59,110 nt of DNA, filler included, from an uncultured virus (IMG/VR IMGVR_UViG_2061766007_001796) (6 parts of one record of this genome joined end to end with filler, not necessarily neighbours in it); one strand, 5' to 3'; counted from the whole stretch's first letter, positions 11,198-21,255 are shown. Program-made: numbers and translations. The notes: generated by a model not told the origin, from the letters alone.

Positions 11198-14100
11198 GGT
11201 ACAACCGTTGTTCCAAAAGCCCAAAAAGACGAAAGTGGCAACAACATCAAATCAACTTATGTTGCTGATATGACACATGCTTTAAGCGGTAGCACAACAC
11301 AAGTTACTTTGTCAATTAGTTTGAGAAACAAATTGGGTGAAGTCGTTTCTTCCTTTAATCAAGCCATTGGTGGTGCGTCTTCAACCTATGCTGGCATTTT
11401 AACTTCTGCCGATAAAGTCAAGATTGACGCTATTGCTGGTGACATTGCTACTGCGCTTGCTCAAGCAAAGGCATACTCAGACGCACTCGTAGCACGTGCT
11501 AACTTAGTGACCATCATTGGTAACGCCAGTTCTAGTTTAAGTGGCTTAATGAGCGCTACTGATAAAACTAATCTTGACACTTTGATGGCGTTATTAGGTA
11601 GCAATGACGCTGATACGGTTGTTGACACAATCAGAGAAGTTCTTGCTATTTTTGAAAACTACCCAGAGGGTGCAGACCTCGTTGGTGAACTTGCTAAAAA
11701 AGTTAATGTTCTTGACATTGTCAACGTTTTAACAAGCGACGAAACTGCTAAACCATTAAGTGCTAAGCAAGGTAAAGTTTTAAAAGGTCTTATCGACGCA
11801 TTAGACAGTGCTAAAGCAAACGCTAGTGATGTCTATACAAAAGGCACAATTGATACTCTCTTAAGCGGTAAAGCCGATAAGAGCGATACATATACAAAGG
11901 CTGAAATCCAATCTTTAATTGCTGGTTTCGTTTTTGCGGATATTGACGACGAACTTGACGAAGAAAGCACAAACGCTATCGAAAACCAAGCAGTCACTAA
12001 AGAACTTAATAAAAAAGCGTATATTGATGGTAACTATCCAACTTTAATTGTTGGTCAAGCGGATAGTATTACAAGCAACAGAGTTATTGAAGATATTGAC
12101 CAAGCGTGTCCTCCAATTACGATTGGAACAACTGGTGGCGAAGCGGAAATTGCCGACGGTTTTAGCAGATTTAAAGAATTATATGGTAATTCTTTTGTTT
12201 GGAACAGTTTATTTAAAATAAGAACCAACGCTTCTACTTATTTAGGCGTTACTTGCACCCCAAACGCAAACGGTTCAATTACCTTAACTGGCGGTATCAC
12301 TGGAAATGACAACGCTTACATTAACTTAACAAGTGCAAAGTTTAGGCTTGTTAATGGTCATAAATATTTAGTGTTGGGCGCTAGTGCTTTGTGTAGTGCT
12401 ATTACAAACTCGTTTGTTCACATTAACTTAACTGGTAGCAATATGACACAAGTTACGAGCGACAGCATTATAACTTGTGGAGTTAATGGTGAAGCATATT
12501 TCTATTTGCTTATTCCAACCTCCGCTACAAGCGTTAACTTTACTGGCTTCTTCCAAATCTATGACCTTACAATGATTTATGGTAGTGGTAAAGAGCCAAC
12601 TACGGTTGACGAGTTTAAATCTCGTTTCCCTAATAATTACTACGCTCACGACGCAGGAACACCGATTTCTTCAAAATCTTATCAACTTATTTCTCGTGGA
12701 GAAAATCAATGGAACGAAGAATGGGGTTGCTATCACTGGGTTGGCGGAACTAGACACGATTACGCTAACGGTATTGGTTGCTCTGAACCAGTGAGAGTTA
12801 TTGGTGGTGAAACTTACTATTTCGAATACCCAGCGGGTGCAACAATAGGTTTTGTAACCCTTGATATTAACGGCAATTTAATTGGTGCTAATGATAATTA
12901 TGTAAACAATTCGAGCCATAGAACAACCCTCCCACAAAACTGTGCTTATATTGGCTTTTGGGTTAACAATTATGGTTTGGTATATCATAACGATGTTATG
13001 GTTCGTTTGTATTGGGATACACCTAATAGAAACTATGTCGCAAACGATTTTCAAGTAGTCGATTTGCCAAACATTGAATTAAGAAGTGTTGGAGATGTTG
13101 AAGACGTTTTATATTCAACTGGTGGTGGTAAGAGAAGGATTGGAAAGTTAATTGTAGATGGCACAAACAATACTAATATGAGTGTTGCCACAAGTAACAA
13201 TATCACAAGATTTACTGTTGATATTTCTAACGCAAAGGCGCCTGCTGGTAATTATTACATTGCAGAAACATTGTTGTCTGCCTTTGAAAACGTTAGTTTC
13301 GACGATATAGCAGGATATAACGGTTCGTTAACAAAAAACAGCGTTGCCTTATATAGTTCGACTAGAATTAGTTTTTATGTAGTTGGCAAAACAACATTGG
13401 CTGAATACCAAGCGTATTTCCAAAGCAACCCATTAACAGTTTTATTTGAACTAGCCGAAGAACAAGATATAACCGAAAACGAAGGCTGGGCTGAACTTGT
13501 AAAAGTTAATAACTTTGGCACATTAGAGTTTGTTTCAAATCCACAACAAGTTCCACAGCCAGAGCAAGCGTATTATATAGAATATACTGCAAATTATGTT
13601 GACTTTATTGATACAGCGTTTGCTAACACGGATGGTGACGCAAACAACTTTGTTGTAAGAGGCGAGTTTGAAGACGTTATCGAAGGTAGAACAGTGGTTG
13701 CTAAAGCACAACTTGCAGACAATCTTGATAGTAAAGTAGTCCGAAACGATGTTGACGCTTACACATTTAGAACTGCTGGTGGCTCACTAGAAATCGGTGA
13801 AACTTGCAAAGTCAAAGAAATCGTTGGTGGCACATTAGCGTTTAATCAATTAGTGAATAATGGTAACTTTGCAAGTAATAGTGGTTGGTTAGGTGCAAAA
13901 GGTTCTGTCTCAATAAGCAACAATACACTTATTTACACCGCAACAGAAATTGCCAATAACTACTATGACAACTATGCTTATCAAGATGTTTATTCAAGAG
14001 TAGTTGTTGGACATAAATACTTGGCTATTTGTTACGCAAAATCATCAAAAGCATTCCCATCAAGATTGTTTGTTTCTGGTTCTAGCATTATTGCTAGGAA

Positions 14101-16015
14101 TGTTGTTAATTTAACAAATAGTTACTCTATGTTATATGGTTTCTTCCAAATCACAGGAATTGCTTGGAATAGATTAGAAGTCTCACCAGATATGTCAACT
14201 TTAGGTGCAGTTAATGATACAATTCAAGTTCAGAACTTTGTATTATTTGACCTTACTGCTATGTTTGGTTCAACTATTGCCGATTATATCTGCTCGTTAG
14301 AAACTGCAACTGCTGGTGATGGTGTGGCTTGGTTTAAAAAGTATTTCCCAAATACCTATTACGCATATAACACTGGCACATTAGTTAATGTTAAAACAAG
14401 TGGCAAAAAGTATGTTGGGTTTAATCAATTAGATTTAGTGAATTATAAAGGAACACTGGCAAGAATATCTGCTTATAGCACAACCGCTAGTGATATTACA
14501 ATTACCACAGACGGAACGAATACAGACTGCTATGTCGGTAGCGTTACAGCACCTACATTAAACCCAACAAATGATTTACCAATTAAAGTAGTTGGTGGGC
14601 AATCTTATAATTTATCTGTTACTTTGCCAACAAATGTTTCAAATGTTACTAGATTTGCTATGTGCTTTGGTTGGTATGACGCTAACTTTAACTACATCAA
14701 CTTCAACTGGATGGACTTTGGCAAAGTTGCAGGCAGTAGAATAAGTGCCAACAAAACAGCACCAGAAAACGCTAGATATATGACAGTAAGATTTGGTGTT
14801 AATCAAACTGCTATGAGCGTTGAAACATTTACTTTCAAAGATATTTGTGTCAACTTCCACTACGACGGTGAAAGAGATGGCGAATATGAGCCATACGAAG
14901 AACACACATGCCAATATGAAGATATTGATTTAATCGGTATTTCAAAAATTGACGCACAAGGTAATCTATACTTTGATGGCGACAGTTATACACCAGACGG
15001 TAAGGTTACTAGAAGATATGCCATTGTTGATTTAGGAACGCTAAATTGGAAAAAAGATAATGGTTATACTGATGTATTCTATGTTAGTGATTTAACTGGA
15101 ATTAAAAGAGTAGGTGGTAATGACTTATCTAACATTATTGCAAGCCAAAGATATGCAACAGCAATTCAATCGCAAGTTAGTGGAACAAATGCTCAATATG
15201 ACAAAACAATTTCAACATTAAACTGGACTGATGGTTTATTGTTAAGAGATAGTAGTTATAGTGATAAAGATGTTTTGAAATCAAGTTTAAGTGGTGTTTA
15301 TCTTGTCTATGAACTTGCAACTGAAACCGAAGAAACCACCGATACCTATCAAGAAACACAACAAGTTGATAACTGGGGAACTGAACAATACTTACCACCA
15401 GAAGAAGATACAAGACCATGCGAAATACCAGTAGGTCATAGCACAGACTACTTGCTTGACATTCGTTCAAAGGTTGAGATTATGCCAGATTTACCAAGCG
15501 ACGATGGTGTCTATGCTTGTAAAGTTGAAAGCGGAACTGCTGAATATGTGCCATTAGGTGCTTGGTTAAGCGATAATGGTTATGTAAATCAAATTAGTGC
15601 TAACGCTATTAAAGAAAACATTGGTGGATTGTTAAGACACCAATTAGTGGCGCAAGTTGTCGCTGGAGGCGGAACATTAGATTTTAATAACACTGCTTGG
15701 GTCGATTTAGGAACATTAGACAACTGGTCTAGTAACACAACAAGCGGTGCTTCAAAACGATTATTCCAAAGCGTTAGTTTGGCTAATTTGGCTAAGAAGC
15801 CATCAAGCAGTGGAACAAAAGCAAATATCTTATGCGTTATATATAAGACAGTTGACGCTAATACTCAATGGACTGACGCAACTACATCAAATATCGGTTT
15901 GACTAATAGTGGAACACTAACCATTTTAGACCAAACAAAACAGAGTTTAGACGCAACTGCATTCAAAAATGCTATGAAAGGTGTATTACTTGCCTACGAG
16001 AAAGCGAGTTCATAA
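11198..16015 (+). CDS. Tail fibre / receptor-binding protein, allele B, two tandem modules with CBM-like inserts
   Basis: About 1600-codon open frame; fibre-type N-terminal repeats (LSAKQGKVLKGLID, KADKSDTYTKAEI); repeated VDLGTL.W and YELA motifs. Confidence 0.8.
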   Translation, partial: GTTVVPKAQKDESGNNIKSTYVADMTHALSGSTTQVTLSISLRNKLGEVVSSFNQAIGGASSTYAGILTSADKVKIDAIAGDIATALAQAKAYSDALVARANLVTIIGNASSSLSGLMSATDKTNLDTLMALLGSNDADTVVDTIREVLAIFENYPEGADLVGELAKKVNVLDIVNVLTSDETAKPLSAKQGKVLKGLIDALDSAKANASDVYTKGTIDTLLSGKADKSDTYTKAEIQSLIAGFVFADIDDELDEESTNAIENQAVTKELNKKAYIDGNYPTLIVGQADSITSNRVIEDIDQACPPITIGTTGGEAEIADGFSRFKELYGNSFVWNSLFKIRTNASTYLGVTCTPNANGSITLTGGITGNDNAYINLTSAKFRLVNGHKYLVLGASALCSAITNSFVHINLTGSNMTQVTSDSIITCGVNGEAYFYLLIPTSATSVNFTGFFQIYDLTMIYGSGKEPTTVDEFKSRFPNNYYAHDAGTPISSKSYQLISRGENQWNEEWGCYHWVGGTRHDYANGIGCSEPVRVIGGETYYFEYPAGATIGFVTLDINGNLIGANDNYVNNSSHRTTLPQNCAYIGFWVNNYGLVYHNDVMVRLYWDTPNRNYVANDFQVVDLPNIELRSVGDVEDVLYSTGGGKRRIGKLIVDGTNNTNMSVATSNNITRFTVDISNAKAPAGNYYIAETLLSAFENVSFDDIAGYNGSLTKNSVALYSSTRISFYVVGKTTLAEYQAYFQSNPLTVLFELAEEQDITENEGWAELVKVNNFGTLEFVSNPQQVPQPEQAYYIEYTANYVDFIDTAFANTDGDANNFVVRGEFEDVIEGRTVVAKAQLADNLDSKVVRNDVDAYTFRTAGGSLEIGETCKVKEIVGGTLAFNQLVNNGNFASNSGWLGAKGSVSISNNTLIYTATEIANNYYDNYAYQDVYSRVVVGHKYLAICYAKSSKAFPSRLFVSGSSIIARNVVNLTNSYSMLYGFFQITGIAWNRLEVSPDMSTLGAVNDTIQVQNFVLFDLTAMFGSTIADYICSLETATAGDGVAWFKKYFPNTYYAYNTGTLVNVKTSGKKYVGFNQLDLVNYKGTLARISAYSTTASDITITTDGTNTDCYVGSVTAPTLNPTNDLPIKVVGGQSYNLSVTLPTNVSNVTRFAMCFGWYDANFNYINFNWMDFGKVAGSRISANKTAPENARYMTVRFGVNQTAMSVETFTFKDICVNFHYDGERDGEYEPYEEHTCQYEDIDLIGISKIDAQGNLYFDGDSYTPDGKVTRRYAIVDLGTLNWKKDNGYTDVFYVSDLTGIKRVGGNDLSNIIASQRYATAIQSQVSGTNAQYDKTISTLNWTDGLLLRDSSYSDKDVLKSSLSGVYLVYELATETEETTDTYQETQQVDNWGTEQYLPPEEDTRPCEIPVGHSTDYLLDIRSKVEIMPDLPSDDGVYACKVESGTAEYVPLGAWLSDNGYVNQISANAIKENIGGLLRHQLVAQVVAGGGTLDFNNTAWVDLGTLDNWSSNTTSGASKRLFQSVSLANLAKKPSSSGTKANILCVIYKTVDANTQWTDATTSNIGLTNSGTLTILDQTKQSLDATAFKNAMKGVLLAYEKASS

Positions 16016-16027
16016 AGGAGATAACTT

Positions 16028-16171
16028 ATGATACATAAAATTGATAAAGGTGATTATTACTTAATCAAAGCCGATAGTGGCAAACTTCGTATCAAAGGTG
16101 ACGACAGAGTTTATAGCGGGGCTACTGAACTCAAAGACAAGCCACGTGAATATGAGGAAGTAATCGACTAA
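16028..16171 (+). CDS. Small protein (47 aa) after the tail fibre
   Basis: AAGGAG RBS; conserved allele at 16847-16990. Confidence 0.75.
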   Translation: MIHKIDKGDYYLIKADSGKLRIKGDDRVYSGATELKDKPREYEEVID

Positions 16172-16265
16172 TATGAAACTTCTAAAGGATAGTTTATATC
16201 TCACGAAACCTCAGTGGCGTAAATTATTCTTGGCGACGACTATTATGGTTGTCGCNNNNNNNNNN

Positions 16266-16833
16266 AGAACAATACTTACCACCAGAAGAAGACACAAGAC
16301 CATGTGAAATCCCAGTCGGTCATAGCACAGACTACTTGCTTGATATTAAGTCAAAAGTAGAAATCGCACCAGATTTACCAAGTGACGATGGTGTATATGC
16401 TTGCAAGGTTGAAAGTGGAACTGCCGAATATGTGCCATTAGGAACTTGGTTAAGTGATAATGGGTATGTAAATCAAATTAGTGCTAACGCAATTAAAGAA
16501 AACATTGGTGGTGCGTTAAGACATCAACTTGCTGAAAGTGCTAATATTGATTTCCATAATACAGCGTGGGTTGATTTAGGCGATTTGAATTGGGGATATG
16601 GAAATAATAGATTTAGTGCGACTGTAAGTGGTGCTGTGTCTGTTTCTCATAATTGTTTATGTCCATTATATAAAACCGCTGATGGTTGGGCTTCAAACCC
16701 AAGAGTTGATATGGAAATGTCATTTGGCTCAAATAGTTTATTATTTGTTCAAAACAATTCTTACACCGACGCAACAGCATTCAAAAACGCTATGAAAGGT
16801 GTATTACTTGCATACGAGAAAGCGAGTTCATAA
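16266..16833 (+). CDS. Tail fibre C-terminus, alternative allele
   Basis: Matches 15383-16015 with a different terminal insert; same end ...KGVLLAYEKASS. Confidence 0.8.
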
Positions 16834-16846
16834 GGAGGACTAATTT

Positions 16847-16990
16847 ATGGTTCACAAAATTGATAAAGGTTCTTATTTCTTAATCAAAGCCGATAGTGGC
16901 AAACTTCGTATTAAAGGTGACGACAGAGTTTATAGTGAGGCTACTGAACTCAAAGACAAGCCACGTGAATATGAGGAAGTAATTGACTAA
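16847..16990 (+). CDS. Small protein (47 aa), allele of 16028-16171
   Basis: AAGGAGG RBS; MVHKIDKGSYFLIKADSGKLRIKGDDRVYSEATELKDKPREYEEVID. Confidence 0.75.
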   Translation: MVHKIDKGSYFLIKADSGKLRIKGDDRVYSEATELKDKPREYEEVID

Positions 16991-16991
16991 T

Positions 16992-18143
16992 ATGAAACTT
17001 CTTAAGGATAGTTTATATCTCACAAAACCTCAGTGGCGTAAATTATTCTTGGCGACGACTATTATGGTTGTCGCCCTTTATATCGTTGCAATGGTTTTCT
17101 CGTTGTGCGGTAGCAAGTATTTTATTCTCAATTATCAAAACGAACAAATGGATAGGATACAAAATTGGCTAGAGAAGTATAATTTATCTAACGTAATCAA
17201 TTCAGTCTTTTGCGCCATAGAGTTTTTCATAATTGCAACTTTTATGGTTAAAAAGCCACCAAAGTGGTATCTCGTATTAGCATTTATAGTGTTGCCTTTG
17301 GTGCCACACTATATTTTCGGAAAACTACCAGACATTTATTATTCAGCATATCCATTTTTGTTTTATTTAATAGCACCGCTATTCTGTAAAAAGTTTGGCA
17401 AGGATTATGCCTTTTGTCTTTTGAGATTGTTAATTGCTATGGTTGTTGTTTTTATTTTACAAATAATGATATTTATTATTAAAAGCGGTGGATTAACTTT
17501 TGAAACTGTCATTTTTCCATTATCCAGTGCTTTTATTTATGCTTTAGAATACGATATAGCCTTATCAATAGTGCTTTTTACGATTGCGCTATTTTCCGAT
17601 AAGGAGAAAGGAGACAGCAAATCATGGGCGATTTCCCACAATGTTGGTTCATTTTCCCAGACTTCGAAGAAGAAGTCGCGGAAATTGAGTTTGACGAAGG
17701 CACAGAAGAATAGGCTTTTTTGGCTTTACGCTAAGTTCTATCTTACTCAANNNNNNNNNNTTCTTTGGTTAAGATTTTATCTTATTCAACTTGGTGGATT
17801 TTTACTTTTAATGGTTTTGCCTTTTCTTTTAGGAAAGGTTTTTGAGTTCTTGACCATGTATTTAGCATTCGCGCTTGCTAGATACTTACTTGGGTTCAAG
17901 TATTCGCTCCATTTTAAGAAAGAAACACTTTGTATTACCGTTGGCGCGGTAGTCTTCGGCATATTGTCACTTGCTGTCCCTTTCTTTTATGTCGTAGTCA
18001 TTATGGCTATCTTATTAGGAGTTGGGTTAGCGGTGCTTCTTCACTTATCTTATAAATACAAAGGTATGTTCTTGTTTGCGCAAATATCTAAACCCGATAA
18101 GTTCGCGGAGTTATATGTGCTTATGGATGGAGCAACTATATAA
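16992..18143 (+). CDS. Fusion membrane protein: about six N-terminal TM helices plus AgrB-like peptide-processing domain, allele 2
   Basis: ARYLLGFKYSL-H-FKKETL-C gives the R...H-x6-C arrangement of AgrB (His 17910-17912, Cys 17931-17933) after a TM hairpin; one gap join at 17751-17760. Confidence 0.75.
   Translation: MKLLKDSLYLTKPQWRKLFLATTIMVVALYIVAMVFSLCGSKYFILNYQNEQMDRIQNWLEKYNLSNVINSVFCAIEFFIIATFMVKKPPKWYLVLAFIVLPLVPHYIFGKLPDIYYSAYPFLFYLIAPLFCKKFGKDYAFCLLRLLIAMVVVFILQIMIFIIKSGGLTFETVIFPLSSAFIYALEYDIALSIVLFTIALFSDKEKGDSKSWAISHNVGSFSQTSKKKSRKLSLTKAQKNRLFWLYAKFYLTQXXXXLWLRFYLIQLGGFLLLMVLPFLLGKVFEFLTMYLAFALARYLLGFKYSLHFKKETLCITVGAVVFGILSLAVPFFYVVVIMAILLGVGLAVLLHLSYKYKGMFLFAQISKPDKFAELYVLMDGATI
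17624..17713 (+). CDS. Nested out-of-frame AgrD-like propeptide MGDFPQCWFIFPDFEEEVAEIEFDEGTEE (29 aa), allele 2
   Basis: AAGGAG RBS; residues 7-17 identical to allele 1 with four synonymous changes. Confidence 0.8.
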   Translation: MGDFPQCWFIFPDFEEEVAEIEFDEGTEE

Positions 18144-18168
18144 CATATATTTTTTAGTATCAATCGCA

Positions 18169-18197
18169 TTGATAACAGTGCATAAATTATATATAAT
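18169..18197 (+). promoter_or_regulatory. sigmaA-type promoter TTGATA-N17-TATAAT for the endonuclease (probably leaderless transcript)
   Basis: Near-consensus boxes; ATG 8 nt after the -10 with no SD. Confidence 0.65.
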
Positions 18198-18205
18198 ATA
18201 AGTGT

Positions 18206-18958
18206 ATGAAAAATGAAAGCCTTTTTTATGTTTATGAATGGTTCGTTAAGAATACTGGCGAAGTCTTTTATGTTGGTAAAGGTTGCGGTAATAGATATAA
18301 AAGCACATCTAAGCGAAATAAGTGGTTCAAGGACTATATTAAAGCGTTTGAGTGCGAAGTAAGAATTATCAAACGTTTTGAAAACGAAGAAGAAGCGTTT
18401 GCTTTTGAACATAAAAGGATTATGGAACTCAAAGCGAGCAATTTAGCCAAAGCAAACCTTGATTATGGTGGCAAGGGTGGCAGTCATTTTGATTGGACTG
18501 ACGAGATGAAACAATACAAATCAGAGTACAACCCTATGAAATCATTTGAGCAACGCCAAAGAATGAAAGAAAATAACCCTATGAAGAACAAGCAAACGCA
18601 AGACATCGTTTACAATAAAACAAGAAAAAAAGTAGTCTTAAATGGTGTTATTTATAGTGGCGTTTTAGAGGCTTCACGAGTGACTAAGCACACAAGCAGT
18701 ACGATAGTTAAGTGGTGCAGACGTGGTTATGATAACAATGGCAAGCCTTGCAGGTATTTTAACGAAACACAAAAAGAAATACCTCTGGTTAAACAACTTC
18801 ACCCAAAATCAGCAACACCAAAAGCAGTCGTTGTAGACGGGGTTAGATTTGAAACGGTAGAAGACGGTGCTAAACATATTGGTGGCAACAGCAGTAATCT
18901 TATAAGGGCAATAAAAGCACATAGAGCGTATCTAGGTCACACTTGCTCATACGCATAA
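18206..18958 (+). CDS. GIY-YIG homing endonuclease with C-terminal NUMOD-like DNA-binding repeats
   Basis: YVYEW...FYVGKG..NR, later E (AFAFEH) and N (LANL..GG.G); NPM repeats; two HTH-like repeats. Confidence 0.8.
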   Translation: MKNESLFYVYEWFVKNTGEVFYVGKGCGNRYKSTSKRNKWFKDYIKAFECEVRIIKRFENEEEAFAFEHKRIMELKASNLAKANLDYGGKGGSHFDWTDEMKQYKSEYNPMKSFEQRQRMKENNPMKNKQTQDIVYNKTRKKVVLNGVIYSGVLEASRVTKHTSSTIVKWCRRGYDNNGKPCRYFNETQKEIPLVKQLHPKSATPKAVVVDGVRFETVEDGAKHIGGNSSNLIRAIKAHRAYLGHTCSYA

Positions 18959-19012
18959 CAATTACTGCTACAACACAAGTGGGTAGCCTATCTTTCGACG
19001 CTNNNNNNNNNN

Positions 19013-19143
19013 GCTTTTAATGGTTTTGCCTTTTGTTTTAGGCAAATTATTTGAGTTCCTAATGATGTACTTTGCATTCGCGCTTGCTAGGTGCTTACTT
19101 GGGTTCAAGTATTCGCTCCATTTTAAGAAAGAAACACTTTGTA
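19013..19143 (+). CDS. AgrB-like domain fragment, further allele
   Basis: LLMVLPFVLGKLFEFLMMYFAFALARCLLGFKYSLHFKKETLC; H-x6-C conserved. Confidence 0.7.
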
Positions 19144-19243
19144 NNNNNNNNNNNNNNNNNNNNNNNNNNNNNNNNNNNNNNNNNNNNTTAATTAATTAAN
19201 NNNNNNNNNNNNNNNNNNNNNNNNNNNNNNNNNNNNNNNNNNN

Positions 19244-19790
19244 ACACCAAGAACAACTTGCCAATGATAATGACCGTTTTCAAAGCATTACAACCATGCT
19301 CACTCAAGCAGATAGCGTTGATAGTATGAACAGCCTTTTGACTGACTATGGTTATGGTTCAGTTGACGCTAATGGCGAGTTCCAATGGGGTCAAAAACCA
19401 GCGGGTATGTCTGATGATGATTGGTATCAAATGAGATATTACTATGGTCTCCAAAAGAACGCTCTTGACCAAATGACTGGTTCAGCAAATACTCAATGGG
19501 CTGATAGATTGTTCCAACTTGGTGAATTAAAAGAAAAAGATGGTACATCTTTAAAAGAACTTACTCAAGCGCTTAACGCCAATTCGGCGACTAACCGTTA
19601 CGAAATTACTGGTGACGCTGAGTTAAAGAACTTCTATATGACTGCTAATAATGGTGACATTGCACAGATAAATACTGACGATGAGACAAAATACTGTATG
19701 TTTTATAATGGCAAACTTTATGTTGTTGATAGCGATTTAGTTAAAGGCAGAAAGCCAACCGTTGTAACAACGCTAAAAAGGAAAAAGTAA
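19244..19790 (+). CDS. Probable internal virion protein, C-terminal part, alternative allele
   Basis: Matches 21787-22030, then has a divergent C-terminal domain. Confidence 0.6.
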
Positions 19791-19810
19791 TCTCTTGAAA
19801 GGAGTTTGAC

Positions 19811-20345
19811 ATGCCTTCAAGAAACGAATATTTACAATCTTTAAATAGAATGAGGGCGAATTACCAAAACCAAGGTAATCCTCTTATTAACAGAGAAGAC
19901 GATAATGGCAACGTAGGAAATGAGTTATCCGCTTTTGCCTATATGAACACAACGCCAACCTCGTCAGCGTCTGAGCAAGCAAGCAAGCGAAGCGATTTTC
20001 TGGGCAAAACATTTGGCGCTATTGACGAGATTGCTTTTCAATTTGGCAGTGGCTATGTTAATGGCTGGGAAGGTGGCTTAGATTTAGGCGCTAACTTTTT
20101 AGGTTGGGCAACTAAAAACGACGACTTTACCAAATGGGCTAGACAAGATTTAGGTGCTGAAGCGGGCAGATTTATTCAAACCTACGCAAACCTAACTCCT
20201 TGGGCAATTGTTAATAATATTAGACAAGGAAACTATGCTGATAGAGATTGGTGGGGTAACGCTGTCGGTGGATTTGGCGACATTATGACATCTGCTTTTG
20301 GCGGTTGGGACGCTAACCAAATCGTTCAAGGCATTTTATCTGGTG
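19811..20345 (+). CDS. N-terminus of the giant polyvalent protein, alternative allele
   Basis: AAGGAG RBS; near-identical to 22343-22875. Confidence 0.7.
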
Positions 20346-20537
20346 NNNNNNNNNNTGGTGTTAACGATTATAATAAAAGACTTGTAGAATTAGACAGTGG
20401 TGCTGGTAGTGCTGGTGGTAGTGCTAATCCTTTTGCTAATCCCACCGCAGTTCAAGGCGCTGGTAGCACACCAAANNNNNNNNNNAAAGTCTTTAAGTTG
20501 CTCAAGAGAGGCTTCTTCAATAATCTTACGGTGCATA

Positions 20538-20695
20538 TTAGTCAAGGTATTCGACTGCGATAGCGATATTAGATGTAGTGATAGCGACACCAGTGTTGAC
20601 CACTGTTAATGTGACAGCAGAAGAGTTGCATGGCACTCTGACAATAGCGTCGAAAGATAGGCTACCCACTTGTGTTGTAGCAGTAATTGTTATGC
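20538..20695 (-). pseudogene. C-terminal remnant of a small beta-rich protein (resembles BclA C-terminal-like phage proteins); contig inverted
   Basis: Reverse complement matches 18954-19002 directly after the endonuclease; no start codon available. Confidence 0.45.
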
Positions 20696-20851
20696 NNNNN
20701 NNNNNNNNNNNNNNNNNNNTAAAGCAAACGCCATGAAATACACTCAAAACCAAATCAACGCTCAAGGTTTTGGAGGCACTGGTTATGGTTCTTCAATGCA
20801 AGGTGGTATCTATAACGCATATCTAAATAGATTNNNNNNNNNNAACTCATG

Positions 20852-21255
20852 AGCAACTTAAAGAGTTCGCTTATAGAGCCTTCGACATGATTAAAAGAAA
20901 CGTAGACGAAGAAACTTATGACGACATTGAATTGTTGCTTTATAAGGACGTTTATGGCTATCACTTTACCAAGTGGTTATTAGAGAAAGCATATTGTTGT
21001 ATGGAAAATGAAGATGGCACTAAAGGCGCGCATTGGTCGCTTGAGCAGACGAACAACGTTGCCAAAAATAATGGCGTCACCTTTGAACATTTCAACGAAT
21101 ATGACTGGAACTATGTTATGAATATGATGTATAGCGATTACTACAAAGCGGGTGGTAGCGATGTCAATTTTTATGTCGAACTTGCTAAAGCGTTTTTAAT
21201 GGACAAAGACGCTCCCGAAGGGAAGGCATTAAAATACTACCTTGCAATGAAATAA
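20852..21255 (+). CDS. Conserved hypothetical phage protein (GAHWS...YDWNYVMNMMYSDY); N-terminus MHRKIIEEASLEQLK lies on the inverted fragment 20486-20536
   Basis: Overlap gagcaacttaaaga between the fragments; followed by a terminator. Confidence 0.7.

Noticed and set aside
6970..16833. Diversity-generating retroelement acting on the tail fibre
   Set aside because: No reverse transcriptase seen, and differences are whole-domain replacements rather than adenine-specific substitutions
18144..18960. Intact group I intron around the endonuclease
   Set aside because: Only about 60 nt of AT-rich DNA upstream and none downstream; no room for a catalytic core
20486..20695. Invertible segments (also 46354-46730 and 52997-53097)
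   Set aside because: Each reversed piece is bounded by N gaps with no inverted repeats or invertase; misoriented contigs are more likely
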